Of a stretch of DNA of 64,000 bases, positions 18,331-27,669 are shown piece after piece. Location of the stretch: NCBI GenBank assembly GCA_964570325.1, contig CAZMXS010000009.1, positions 29,894 to 93,893 on the forward strand. The letters are read 5' to 3'. Source of the DNA: an uncultured Verrucomicrobiota bacterium. GTDB taxonomy: Bacteria > Verrucomicrobiota > Kiritimatiellia > CAIQIC01 > CAZMXS01. Made by a program: the position numbers and the translations under genes. Each line of letters starts with the position of its first letter. Position 1 is the first letter of the stretch. The notes beneath the pieces are model-generated. The model did no database searches and was not told where the DNA came from. It worked only from the letters and a program-made list of their open reading frames with translations.

Positions 18331-20622
18331 ATGAAAGATGAGGTCAGCGAACCGCTGGTTGGCCGCGGGATCATCCGTCTGGATGGCGTGGACAAGGTGC
18401 GCGGTCGGGCGCAGTACACCGACGACCTCGAGATTCCCGGTTGCTGGCACGGCGCGTTGGTCCGCGCGCCGGTGGCGCACGGGCGCTTGCGGGGCCTGCA
18501 TTTCGACCCCGGATTTGACTGGTCGCGCGTGGTGGTCGCCACGCCGGCCGACATCCCCGGGCCGAACATCGTGGTCATGCACGACCGCTCCATGCCCCTG
18601 CTGGCGTTCGACGAAATTCTCTACCTGGGCGAGCCGCTGGCCGTCGTGGCGGCGCCGACCGCGCGGCTGGCGCGCGAGGCGGCCGCGCACATCCGGGCGG
18701 ATGTCGCGGAGCTGCCGGCCATCCTCCATCTACGCGAATTAAGCGACCGCTACAAGGCCGGCGACCTGGCGTGGACGCGGCTGGCGGAAAAACAGATCGT
18801 CAAGGGTGATGTGGCGCAGGGGCTGGCGGCGGCCGATTTCGTCGTCGAAGATGAACACACGGCCGGCCACCAGGAGCAGCTCTACATCGAGCCGCAGGGC
18901 ATGGTGGCGATCCCGCAGGATGACGGCGGTCTGTTCCTTCAGGGCAGCCTGCAATGCCCGTATTATGTGCAGCACGAATTGCACGAGGCGTTGAATTTGC
19001 CTTGCGAGAAAATCCGCGTGAAGCAGGCCGCTGTCGGCGGCGCCTTCGGGGGCAAGGAGGATTATCCAACGATGTTGGGCGGCTACTGCGCGCTCGCGGC
19101 GCTCAAAGCGCGCCGGCCGGTCAAGATCGTGTACGACCGCCACGAGGACATCGGCTTCACGCCCAAGCGCCACCCCGTCTGGGTCCGGCATCGCGGCGGC
19201 GTGAAAAAGGACGGCACCATCACGGCGTTGCAGGTGGATTTCATGCTGGATGGCGGCGCCTACCTGACGTTGAGCGATGTGGTCATGTTTCGCGGCATCC
19301 TGCATGCCGCGCTGGGTTACCGTTGCGAGCATGTCCGGGTCAACGGCATGGTGGCCCGCACGCACACCGTCCCGTCCGGCGCGTTCCGCGGGTTCGGCGC
19401 GCCCCAGGCCATCTGGGGGCTCGAGACGCATATTGACCGCCTGGCCCGGGCCTGCGGCCGGGATCCGCACACTTTTCGGCTGCAGAACTGTCTGCGCCTG
19501 GGCGATACGACGCCGACGGGCCAGGTGTTGCGCGACAGCGTCGGCTCGCCGGCCGTGATCGAAACCGCGTTGCGGCGCGCGGGGTTTGAGGAGAAACTGC
19601 GGCGCTGCTCGCGCGGCCGGCCCGATGCGCGGACCTGGTATGGCATTGGCCTGTCGTTCTTTGCTCACGGCGCGGCCTTCACCGGCGATGGCGAGGTGAA
19701 GATCAATGCCCGCGTGGCCCTGGAACTGGATCGGCTGGAGGACGGCCGGCCCGGCGTGATTGCGCGCGTGAGTTCAACCGAGATGGGGCAGGGCGCCCAT
19801 ACGGTGCTGGCGCAAATGACCGCGGACGGACTCGGCCTCGGTTTGGACCGCGTGCGTTGTCCGTTGCCGGACACCGCGCTGGCGCCGGACAGCGGGCCAA
19901 CGGTTGCCTCGCGCACGACAATGGTCGTGGGAAGCTCATTGTATGGTGCCGCCGCCAAACTGAAGCGGGCGCTGGAAGCAGAGGCCGGCCGGCCGGTCAC
20001 GAAGGATTCTTTTGAGGACATCGCGGCCGCGTATCTGGCGCGGCACAGCCGGCTGCGCATCGAAAATCAGTTCAAACTGCCGGACGACATTCGCTGGGAT
20101 CAACAGCAATTCCGGGGCGATGCCTATCCCGGCTACTCGTGGGGCTGCAACATCGCCGAGGTCGAGATTGATCCGCGCACCTTGGTGGCGCGCGTGGCGA
20201 AAATCACGGCCTGCTATGATATCGGCCGCGTGGTCAATCCGTTGCTCGCCAAAGGACAAATCGAGGGCGGCCTGGTGCAAGCTCTGGGATATGCGGTCAT
20301 GGAGCAAATCGGCATCCGCAACGGAAAATACGACGCCGACCGGCTGCAGACGTATATTATTCCGACGACGCTTGATATCCCGGCCATGGATATCGTGTTC
20401 GTGGAATTTCCCTACGCGCATGCCGCGCCGGGCGCGAAAGGCGTGGGCGAAATCCCGATGGACGGATTGGCGCCGGCCATCGCCAATGCGGTTGAACAGG
20501 CCCTCGGCATCCGGATGCGTGACCTGCCGATCACGCCGGAAAAACTGCTGGCCGCCATCCGCGTTGAAAAACCGGACTTGGCGCGCGCGCTGGGGTTGGA
20601 GGTGGGAATGAGGGGGCCGTAA
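18331..20622 (+). CDS. Xanthine dehydrogenase/aldehyde oxidase family molybdopterin-binding subunit
   Basis: 763 aa. N-terminal a/b-hammerhead region (RLDGVDKVRGRAQYTDD). Followed by 2Fe-2S and FAD subunits. Confidence 0.9.
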   Translation: MKDEVSEPLVGRGIIRLDGVDKVRGRAQYTDDLEIPGCWHGALVRAPVAHGRLRGLHFDPGFDWSRVVVATPADIPGPNIVVMHDRSMPLLAFDEILYLGEPLAVVAAPTARLAREAAAHIRADVAELPAILHLRELSDRYKAGDLAWTRLAEKQIVKGDVAQGLAAADFVVEDEHTAGHQEQLYIEPQGMVAIPQDDGGLFLQGSLQCPYYVQHELHEALNLPCEKIRVKQAAVGGAFGGKEDYPTMLGGYCALAALKARRPVKIVYDRHEDIGFTPKRHPVWVRHRGGVKKDGTITALQVDFMLDGGAYLTLSDVVMFRGILHAALGYRCEHVRVNGMVARTHTVPSGAFRGFGAPQAIWGLETHIDRLARACGRDPHTFRLQNCLRLGDTTPTGQVLRDSVGSPAVIETALRRAGFEEKLRRCSRGRPDARTWYGIGLSFFAHGAAFTGDGEVKINARVALELDRLEDGRPGVIARVSSTEMGQGAHTVLAQMTADGLGLGLDRVRCPLPDTALAPDSGPTVASRTTMVVGSSLYGAAAKLKRALEAEAGRPVTKDSFEDIAAAYLARHSRLRIENQFKLPDDIRWDQQQFRGDAYPGYSWGCNIAEVEIDPRTLVARVAKITACYDIGRVVNPLLAKGQIEGGLVQALGYAVMEQIGIRNGKYDADRLQTYIIPTTLDIPAMDIVFVEFPYAHAAPGAKGVGEIPMDGLAPAIANAVEQALGIRMRDLPITPEKLLAAIRVEKPDLARALGLEVGMRGP

Positions 20623-20667
20623 TCGGTTGGCCGGAGAAGGCGGTTGGGAAACGGTGAATAGCAGGTC

Positions 20668-21177
20668 ATGATGAAAACCGTTAAGCGAAATTGGAAGGTC
20701 AATGGCGAAGTGCGCGCGGTGGAGACGCCACCCATGCGGCGCTTGCTGGATGTGCTGCGGGTGGACCTCGGCCTGAAGGGCACCAAAGAGGGTTGCGGCG
20801 AGGGCGAATGCGGCGCTTGTACGGTGTTGCTCGACGGCGCGCCGGTGGTGGCCTGCCTGGTGGCCGCCGGCCAGGTGACGGACGGCGCGGAACTGATGAC
20901 CGTCGAGGGGCTGGAAAAAACCGAATTAGGCCGGACGCTCCAGCGGGCGTACCTGGAGAAGGGGGCGGCCCAGTGCGGGTTCTGTATCCCCGGCATGCTG
21001 ATGTCCTCGTACGCGCTGCTGGCGCGTGAGCCCGATCCGGACGAACGGCGGATCCGGGAGGCGCATGCGGGCAATCTCTGCCGGTGCACCGGATACGAGA
21101 AAATTGTCGAGGCGGTTCGCTGGGCGGCGGACCAAATGAAGAATTCGAGGTTGAGTGTTCAAGGTTCAAAGGCCTGA
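20668..21177 (+). CDS. (2Fe-2S)-binding subunit of the XDH-family enzyme
   Basis: GCGEGECGACTV, CGFCIPGM and CRCTGY cluster motifs. Confidence 0.9.
   Translation: MMKTVKRNWKVNGEVRAVETPPMRRLLDVLRVDLGLKGTKEGCGEGECGACTVLLDGAPVVACLVAAGQVTDGAELMTVEGLEKTELGRTLQRAYLEKGAAQCGFCIPGMLMSSYALLAREPDPDERRIREAHAGNLCRCTGYEKIVEAVRWAADQMKNSRLSVQGSKA
21151..21171. repeat. Heptamer array inside the 3' end of the 2Fe-2S gene
   Basis: TTGAGTG TTCAAGG TTCAAAG. Encodes the tail ...SRLSVQGSKA. Confidence 0.55.
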
Positions 21178-22045
21178 ATTGAAAACACTGGAAGACATTG
21201 CCTGCGCATTCCCGGATTCGCTGGCCGAGGCGTTGCGGTTGCAGGCCGACGAGCGGACGCGCGGCCGCCCGCTGGCCGGGGGCACCGATCTGCTGGTTCA
21301 GTGGCAGTCCGGGGTATTGTCGTTGCCGGAGCGCGCGGTCAGCTTGGGGCATCTGCCGGAGTTGAAAGGCATCCGCGAAACCGCCGCGGCGGTTGAGATC
21401 GGGGCCGGCGTGACGCACGCGGAATTGCGCGCCTCCGCGCTCGTGCGCGCGCATCTGCCGGCGCTGGCCGCGGCCGCGGCGACGGTGGGCGGCGCCCAGA
21501 TCCAGGCGCGCGGCACGCTCGGCGGCAATGTGGCCAATGCCAGCCCGGCCGGCGATCTCGCGCCGGCGTTGCTGATCACCGGCGGTGCGGCGGTCGTGGC
21601 CGCCGTGAGCGGCGAGCGCCAGGTGGCGCTGGAGCAGTTTTTCCTCGGGTATCGCAAAATTGATCTGCGCCCGGACGAGTTGCTGGTCCGCTTCATTCTC
21701 CCCAAGCGTCCGCCGGCGGCCGTGGAAATGTTTGAAAAGCTGGGCCCGCGCGCCGCGCAGGCCATTTCCAAGGTCATGGGCGCCTGCCGGGTGGTTGTGG
21801 AGCAGGGGGCCGTGCGCGCGGTGGCGGTGGCCTTGGGCAGCGTGGCGCCGGTGCCGGTGCGGCTGCGCGCCCTGGAGGGCTGGTTGGCCGGTCGCAAACT
21901 GGACCCCGCTCTGTTGGACGAGGCGCAGCAACGCGCGTCCGCCGAGGTCGCGCCGATTGATGATATCCGTTCAACCGCCGAATATCGCCGCTGGGTCGCC
22001 GGGCGCATTGTCCGCGGTTTCCTGGCCGCGCTGACCCCCGGTTGA
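21155..22045 (+). CDS. FAD-binding (CoxM/XdhB-like) subunit of the XDH-family enzyme
   Basis: LAGGTDLLVQW and GTLGGNVANASPAGD motifs. The GTG start overlaps the previous gene; the true start may be slightly downstream. Confidence 0.85.
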   Translation: MFKVQRPELKTLEDIACAFPDSLAEALRLQADERTRGRPLAGGTDLLVQWQSGVLSLPERAVSLGHLPELKGIRETAAAVEIGAGVTHAELRASALVRAHLPALAAAAATVGGAQIQARGTLGGNVANASPAGDLAPALLITGGAAVVAAVSGERQVALEQFFLGYRKIDLRPDELLVRFILPKRPPAAVEMFEKLGPRAAQAISKVMGACRVVVEQGAVRAVAVALGSVAPVPVRLRALEGWLAGRKLDPALLDEAQQRASAEVAPIDDIRSTAEYRRWVAGRIVRGFLAALTPG

Positions 22046-22265
22046 TCAATCGGCGCGGCTGACCGAAGGGGCTCAATTCTTTCCTGTTGTTTTGAACCCG
22101 CTCGCGGGCAACGGCCGATTGCAGAATCTCTGACGCGCTGGGCAGGCGCGAAACGAAATCCCGCCGCATCCGCGGAGGCGGACCGGGATGCAGGATGATC
22201 AGGGTCTCTTTCCATATCGGTTCGGGTGGACGGCTTGGCAACCCAATGGCCGCGCGGGGCGCTGA

Positions 22266-22862
22266 TTAGGAGGCACCGCCCGCGGCCCACTGTTCGCTGT
22301 CCTTGACTGCATCCCACTCCGCCGGCGTGTTCACATTGCGCAGGATGGCGGCGTCGTCCACCGGCAGTTCCCAGGCGATTTCCTTCAGGATCAAATCCAG
22401 CCGCGTATCGTCCGGATCCCGGGCGAGCCAATCCGCGGCGCATGCCCCGGATATCCAGGCGATTTTTCCCGGCCGGCCCTGACAGATCGGCCGAATGGCC
22501 GCCGGCCGGTTCTGCGCCGCGAACTCCAGGATGCGGCGAATTGTGGCCGGGAGGATGCCCACCGTGTCCACCGGCAGGATCAAGCCGCCGTCCATTTCTC
22601 CGGCGGCGCGCAAGCCGGTTTGAACCGAGGAAAAACGGCCCCTTTCCCAATCGGCGTTCACCACGGTTTCGATGTCCGGCAGCGCGGCGCGGACGGAATC
22701 CGCGTCGCAGCCCAGCACCACGATCGCGCGCGCGCAACCGCCGGCGCGCAGCCGCGCGGCCTGTTGCGCCGCCAGCGGCCCGCCCGGCGTCGGCAATAGC
22801 GCCTTGGGCCGCCCCATCCGGCGCGAAGCCCCCGCCGCAAGGATGATCCCGACCTGCTTCAT
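22266..22862 (-). CDS. MobA/MocA-like nucleotidyltransferase (molybdenum cofactor cytidylyl/guanylyl-transferase)
   Basis: N-terminal GIILAAGASRRMGRPKALL motif. Adjacent to the Mo-enzyme genes. Confidence 0.7.
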   Translation of the reverse strand: MKQVGIILAAGASRRMGRPKALLPTPGGPLAAQQAARLRAGGCARAIVVLGCDADSVRAALPDIETVVNADWERGRFSSVQTGLRAAGEMDGGLILPVDTVGILPATIRRILEFAAQNRPAAIRPICQGRPGKIAWISGACAADWLARDPDDTRLDLILKEIAWELPVDDAAILRNVNTPAEWDAVKDSEQWAAGGAS

Positions 22863-22914
22863 TGCTTCATACTCGTACTCCTCCTGACGCGCGTACTCGA
22901 TCTAAAATTTTTTC

Positions 22915-22940
22915 ATATCAATTGTATATAAAGTTGATAT
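22915..22940. promoter_or_regulatory. AT-rich inverted repeat in a divergent promoter region
   Basis: ATATCAA-12 nt-TTGATAT between mocA-like (-) and the ABC substrate-binding gene (+), in the only AT-rich patch of this region. Confidence 0.3.
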
Positions 22941-23005
22941 TATTTGGTGCATTCCCCCATCGGGGGTGATAGGCTAAACAACCAAGCACGATGAAAGGAG
23001 CCAAC

Positions 23006-24022
23006 ATGCAATCGGTCGGTGACAAGCGACCATCGAATGGGTTTGTTTTTTACGGCGGAATCCTGCTGGCCGGATTACTGGCCGCCGGCATGGCGGCGGC
23101 CGGCGAGCCGGCCAAAATCCGGATCGGCCAGTTTCCCAACGTCACGCATGCGCAGGCGCTGATGGCCCGGGCCACCGGCGCATTCGACGCGGCGCTGGGC
23201 ATTCCGGTTGAGTGGACCACTTTCAACGCCGGGCCGTCGGCCATCGAGGCGTTGTTCGCGGGCGCGATTGACGCAACCTATATCGGCCCCAATCCGGCGG
23301 TCAATGGCTACCTCAAGTCCGGTGGGGCCAGCCTGCGGATCGTTGCCGGCAGCGCCGGCGGCGGGGCGGCCCTGGTGCTGCGCCCGGAGGCGGGCATCCG
23401 GTCGGAGCAGGATTTCGCCGACAAGATCATTGCCACGCCCCAGCTCGGCAATACCCAGGATGTCGCCGCGCGCGCCTGGTTCCTGAAGCACGGCTACAAG
23501 CCGAAGGAGAAGGGCGGCACAATCACGATTCTGCCGCTGGCCAATCCCGACCAGTTGCTGATGTTCCAGAAGCAGGAGATTGACGGCGCCTGGACTATTG
23601 AGCCCTGGGTCTCGCGCCTGGAACTTGAGGCCGGCGGGCAGATCTTCCTGGAGGAAAAGGATCTCTGGCCGGGCGGCCATTACGTTACCACCGTGTTGGT
23701 AGTCAGCCGCGATTTTCTCACCCGCTATCCCGAGATGGTTCGGAAGTTGGTGGCGGCCCATGCGGAGATCACGGATCGGTTGAATGCCGACAAGGCGGCC
23801 GCGATTCCGGTGATCAACGGCGAAATCAAAAAGGAAACCGGCAAGGCCCTGCCCGCGGCGGTGATTGAGCGGGCGATGAGCCGCGTCGAGTTCACGTGCG
23901 ATCCCATGCGGGAGGCCTTGATCAAGTCCGCCCAGGACGCCTATGCGCTGGGCTTTCTGAAGGAGAACCCGCAATTTGATGATTTGTTTGACTTGAACGC
24001 GTTGGAAGCTATCAAGCGATAG
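23006..24022 (+). CDS. NitT/TauT-family (sulfonate/nitrate/taurine-type) ABC substrate-binding protein
   Basis: AAAGGAG SD lies 5 nt before the ATG at 23006 (alternative ATG at 22991). Signal peptide present. IRIGQFPNVTHAQ and TYIGPNPAVNGY are typical of SsuA/TauA-like proteins. Confidence 0.75.
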   Translation: MQSVGDKRPSNGFVFYGGILLAGLLAAGMAAAGEPAKIRIGQFPNVTHAQALMARATGAFDAALGIPVEWTTFNAGPSAIEALFAGAIDATYIGPNPAVNGYLKSGGASLRIVAGSAGGGAALVLRPEAGIRSEQDFADKIIATPQLGNTQDVAARAWFLKHGYKPKEKGGTITILPLANPDQLLMFQKQEIDGAWTIEPWVSRLELEAGGQIFLEEKDLWPGGHYVTTVLVVSRDFLTRYPEMVRKLVAAHAEITDRLNADKAAAIPVINGEIKKETGKALPAAVIERAMSRVEFTCDPMREALIKSAQDAYALGFLKENPQFDDLFDLNALEAIKR

Positions 24023-24102
24023 AGCGTGGTCCGGGTCGGGCGCGCGGGCTGGGCGCGTCGCCCAAGCCCGGACGGCCCGGCGGCTGGGTAATGGCTGGGC
24101 CG

Positions 24103-24132
24103 CCACTCGCTCACGCTCGTGGGTACGCGGGT
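24103..24132 (+). repeat. GC-rich REP-like motif, copy 1
   Basis: CCACTCGCTCACGCTCGTGGGTACGCGGGT. Near-identical to 28556-28585; related inverted copies at 28498 and 30404. Confidence 0.7.
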
Positions 24133-24149
24133 ATGAAAGAGAACGAAAC

Positions 24150-24950
24150 GTGACTCCATCGGCAGATATCGCGGCCAAATTGAGCGTGTCGGACGTCAGC
24201 CGGGTTTTCAAAACCGGGCAAGGCGAATTGTCCGCGCTGGAGCAAATCAACCTCGCCATCCGGCCCGGCGAGTTTGTCGTCATCGTGGGCTCATCGGGAT
24301 GCGGTAAAACCACCCTGCTCAACCTGATTGCCGGCCTCGACCGTCCGACAGTTGGGACTATCGCCATCAATGGCCGGCCGGTGACCGGGCCCGGCCCGGA
24401 TCGCCTGATGATGTTTCAGGAGCCGGCGTTGTTCCCCTGGCTGAACGTGATTGATAATGTGATGTTCGGGCTGCGCCACCTGCCCGCGCTCAACCCCGCC
24501 CAGCAGCGCGAGACCGCGCGTGGCTACCTGGAGATGGTGCAACTGAGCCGCTTTGAGAAGGCGCGCGTCCATGAGTTGTCTGGCGGGATGAAGCAGCGCG
24601 TCGCGCTCGCGCGGGCGCTGGCGCCGGACCCGGAGGTGATTTTGTTCGACGAGCCGTTCGGTTCGCTGGACGCCCTCACCCGCGAACGCTTCTATGCCGT
24701 TTTGCAGGAGATTTTTATCCGCACCGGCAAGACCGGAATTTTTGTCACGCACAACGTGCGCGAGGGGGCCTGCCTGGGCGACCGCGTGGTCGTCATGACC
24801 CATCGCCCCGGCCGGATCAAAACCATCATTCCCATTCCGCTGCCGCGCCCGCGCGATTTCTACGATCCGGAAGTCAGCCGCCTGGCCGGCCGCATCCTGG
24901 ACGAGCTGCGCGGCGAACTGACGCCGACCGGGGAGGCATCCGATGTTTAA
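24150..24950 (+). CDS. NitT/TauT-family ABC transporter ATP-binding protein
   Basis: Walker A GSSGCGKTT, signature LSGGMKQRVALARAL. GTG start. Confidence 0.9.
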   Translation: MTPSADIAAKLSVSDVSRVFKTGQGELSALEQINLAIRPGEFVVIVGSSGCGKTTLLNLIAGLDRPTVGTIAINGRPVTGPGPDRLMMFQEPALFPWLNVIDNVMFGLRHLPALNPAQQRETARGYLEMVQLSRFEKARVHELSGGMKQRVALARALAPDPEVILFDEPFGSLDALTRERFYAVLQEIFIRTGKTGIFVTHNVREGACLGDRVVVMTHRPGRIKTIIPIPLPRPRDFYDPEVSRLAGRILDELRGELTPTGEASDV

Positions 24951-25701
24951 GCGCGGATTCGGCATCGCTCTGTTTTACGTCAGCCTCCTGGTTGTCTGGC
25001 TGGCCATCTATTACGCCCGCTTCTTCCCCCCCTATGTGTTTCCCTCGCCAGGGATGGTGGCGGACAATTTGAAATCACTGGCGGTGGATGGCGTATTGTG
25101 GCCCAGCATCCGGGCGACATTGACGCGGATGGGCCTGGGCTTCGGCCTGGCGGCGCTGCTGGGGATCGCCTTCGGCTTGTGCATGGGGATTTTCCCGCCA
25201 GTCAACCGCGCGTTGCGCTCGCTGTGCCTGGGCTTGCAAATGCTGCCCTCCGTGGCATGGGTGCCCCTGGCGCTGTTGATTTTCGGCTTGCGCGACCAAA
25301 GCATTTACTTCGTCATCGTCATGAGCTCCCTGCCGGCCGTCGCGATCGCGGCCGCGGACGGGATTGCGCGCGTGCCGCCGCTGTATCTCTGGGTCGCGCG
25401 CACGCTCGGGACGCCCCGGCGCGCGATGTGGCGCCGCGTGATCCTGCCGGCGGCGCTGCCGGGGATCATCACCGGCCTCAAGCTCGGGTGGACGCTCGGC
25501 TGGCACGGCGCGGTCTCGGCCGAATTGATCAAATCCAGCATCGGCTTGGGCTTCCTCCTGCACATGGGCCGCGAGTTGAATGATATCGCCCAGGTGATCG
25601 GCATCATGCTGCTGACCGTTCTCATCGGCCTGTTGATTGACCGCCTGATCTTTACCCCGGTGGACCGGCGAATCCACCGGGCGTGGGGCCTTGAGGGATA
25701 A
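24943..25701 (+). CDS. NitT/TauT-family ABC transporter permease
   Basis: 6-TM BPD-type permease that overlaps the ATPase gene by 8 nt. Confidence 0.85.
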   Translation: MFKRGFGIALFYVSLLVVWLAIYYARFFPPYVFPSPGMVADNLKSLAVDGVLWPSIRATLTRMGLGFGLAALLGIAFGLCMGIFPPVNRALRSLCLGLQMLPSVAWVPLALLIFGLRDQSIYFVIVMSSLPAVAIAAADGIARVPPLYLWVARTLGTPRRAMWRRVILPAALPGIITGLKLGWTLGWHGAVSAELIKSSIGLGFLLHMGRELNDIAQVIGIMLLTVLIGLLIDRLIFTPVDRRIHRAWGLEG

Positions 25702-25743
25702 TTCAAATTTCCCGGTTCCCAGTTGACTTTGGCGCCGCCCCGT

Positions 25744-25765
25744 CCCGGAACCTTGAACGTTGAAC
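25744..25765. repeat. Heptamer array (short)
   Basis: CCCGGAA CCTTGAA CGTTGAA between the convergent permease and gpsA ends. Confidence 0.5.
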
Positions 25766-26754
25766 TATTCTTTCTTCGGATCCCGGCTCATTAGCGCCAG
25801 GACGGCTGCGCGCGGTGGCTTTCCATGGTGGATGACCGCGCAAACCTCGGCGGTGATGGGAACCTCGACGCCGCGCTCCAGCGCCAGTTGCCGCGCGGTT
25901 TCGCAGGTCCACACGCCCTCCGCCACCTGGACCATGCTCGCGCGGATTTGCGCGATCGTCTCACCGCGCCCCAGCCGTTCGCCAACGGTCCGGTTGCGGC
26001 TCAATTGGCTCATGCACGTGACGACCAGGTCGCCCATGCCGCTCAGGCCGGCGAAGGTCGCGGGTTGCGCGCCCAGCGCGGCGCCGAGCCGCGCGATCTC
26101 CGCCAGCCCGCGCGTGATTAGCGCCGCCTTGGCGTTGTCGCCGAGGCCGATCCCGTCGCACACGCCGGCGGCGATGGCGATCACGTTTTTTAGCGCGCCG
26201 CCCAGTTCCACGCCGATCACATCGTCCGAGGTATAGACGCGAAAAGACTTCCCGTTGAACGCGGCTTGCAGCGCCCGCGCCCGCACATGGTCGGCGCAGG
26301 CAATGGTCACCGCCGCCGGGACGCCGCGCGCGACCTCGGCCGCGAGGCTCGGGCCCGAGAGCGCGGCGACCGGCCCGTGGCGCAGCACTTCGCCCGCCAC
26401 CTCGGTCATCCGCTGGCGCGTTTGCTCGTCCAGCCCCTTGGTGACGCTGATCACCAGGCTGGCGGCTGGAATCAGCGGCGCGAAACGGGATACCACCGGG
26501 CGGAAGAAATGCGACGGCACGGCCAGCACGACTATCTCGGCGCCGGCCGCGACCGCCCCCTCGTCAGCGGTCCATTCAATGTCCTCCGGCAGCGGGACGC
26601 CCGGTAGAAACTTGAAATTCTCCCGCCGCGCGCGGAGTTCCGCCAGGTATTCCGGGAAAGGGCCCCAGACCCGCACCCGGTGCCCGTTGCCGCGCAAGGT
26701 CAAAGCCAGGGCCGTGCCCCAGCCGCCGTCGCCGATGATCGCGATATGGCTCAT
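25765..26754 (-). CDS. gpsA: NAD(P)H-dependent glycerol-3-phosphate dehydrogenase
   Basis: IAIIGDGGWGTALA Rossmann motif and GALKNVIAIAAG motif. Downstream of plsY. Confidence 0.9.
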   Translation of the reverse strand: MSHIAIIGDGGWGTALALTLRGNGHRVRVWGPFPEYLAELRARRENFKFLPGVPLPEDIEWTADEGAVAAGAEIVVLAVPSHFFRPVVSRFAPLIPAASLVISVTKGLDEQTRQRMTEVAGEVLRHGPVAALSGPSLAAEVARGVPAAVTIACADHVRARALQAAFNGKSFRVYTSDDVIGVELGGALKNVIAIAAGVCDGIGLGDNAKAALITRGLAEIARLGAALGAQPATFAGLSGMGDLVVTCMSQLSRNRTVGERLGRGETIAQIRASMVQVAEGVWTCETARQLALERGVEVPITAEVCAVIHHGKPPRAAVLALMSRDPKKE

Positions 26755-26782
26755 GTTGGCTCTCCATGCCGGCGTGTCAAAA

Positions 26783-26812
26783 TCAGAGGTCAGAAGTCAG
26801 AGGTCAGAGGTC
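26783..26812. repeat. Heptamer array
   Basis: TCAGAGG TCAGAAG TCAGAGG TCAGAGG. The minus-strand reading CCTCTGA x4 gives TGA in all three frames. Confidence 0.8.
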
Positions 26813-26820
26813 CGCGCGCC

Positions 26821-26924
26821 GGATTTGATCGGTTAATGCATATTTTTCTGCTCTTGGCCAATCTTGGCTGACATCGAAAATCTGCATCGCCAACGCATAT
26901 GCCTTATTGTAAACGATCAAATCC
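26821..26924. other. Perfect 11-bp inverted repeat pair enclosing an AT-rich spacer (core of a long imperfect palindrome)
   Basis: GGATTTGATCG (26821-26831) and CGATCAAATCC (26914-26924). The inner GCATAT/ATATGC and TTGGC segments also pair. Confidence 0.6.
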
Positions 26925-26948
26925 TTCGCCGACTTTATCTGCATTCTC

Positions 26949-27614
26949 TCATATCTCCTTATTTACCCTCTGCCCCTCTGATCTCTGCCCTCTGCCAAAC
27001 TCAAACCGATGCTCCGTGCCCGCCAGCAGCCGCTGGATGTTGCTTCGATGCCGCCAGATAACCAGCGCGCCCAGCACCGTCAGCGTAATCGGCAACACGC
27101 GTCCGCGGCCGCCGTACAACCACCACCCGGCGGCCGGCACCGCGACCGCCGCGCCGATCGAGGCTGCCGACACGATGCGGCTGGCCAGCAACAGCGCCAC
27201 CCACACCGCCAACCCGATTCCCACGGCGGCCGGCGCGACGCCCAACAGCACCCCCGCGCTGGTCGCGACGCCCTTGCCGCCCTTGAAGCCGAGATAAACC
27301 GGCCAGTTGTGCCCGGCGAATGCGGCGCAGCCGCACACCAGCCCCAGGTTTTCCAATGCTTGGAAATCCGGGTCGAGCATTTTTCCAATGATTGGAAAAA
27401 CAAACGCCGGCACAAACCCCTTCAGCGCGTCCGCCGCGAACGTGACCATCCCCAGCGGTTTGCTGACCGACCGGAAAACATTGGTCGCGCCAATGTTGCC
27501 GCTGCCGACCCGCCGGATGTCCACGCCCTTCAGCCGCGCCAGCAAGAGCCCGACGGGGATCGCGCCCAGCAGGTAGGAGACCAGAATCAGTCCGATAGCG
27601 ACGGGCCAGCTCAT
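26949..27614 (-). CDS. plsY: Glycerol-3-phosphate acyltransferase PlsY
   Basis: LLGAIPVGLLLAR, SGNIGATNVFR and NWPVYLGFKGGKGVAT motifs. Confidence 0.9.
   Translation of the reverse strand: MSWPVAIGLILVSYLLGAIPVGLLLARLKGVDIRRVGSGNIGATNVFRSVSKPLGMVTFAADALKGFVPAFVFPIIGKMLDPDFQALENLGLVCGCAAFAGHNWPVYLGFKGGKGVATSAGVLLGVAPAAVGIGLAVWVALLLASRIVSAASIGAAVAVPAAGWWLYGGRGRVLPITLTVLGALVIWRHRSNIQRLLAGTEHRFEFGRGQRSEGQRVNKEI
26966..26996. repeat. Heptamer array, inverse of 26783-26812, inside the plsY 3' end
   Basis: CCCTCTG CCCCTCTG ATCTCTG CCCTCTG. Encodes the PlsY tail GRGQRSEGQR. Confidence 0.7.
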
Positions 27615-27621
27615 AATCAGA

Positions 27622-27649
27622 CCTGAAACTTGAAACCTGAAATCTGAAA
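27622..27649. repeat. Heptamer array
   Basis: CCTGAAA CTTGAAA CCTGAAA TCTGAAA, just upstream of the plsY start (minus strand). Confidence 0.8.
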
Positions 27650-27669
27650 GGGGGCTTCTTTTATTCCGG

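Noticed and set aside
22046-22265. The 220-nt gap after the FAD subunit, containing part of minus-strand ORF 21774-22241, considered as a small gene or regulatory RNA.
   Set aside because: The ORF overlaps the FAD-subunit 3' end and has a Pro/Arg-rich composition. I could identify no conserved structure or motif.
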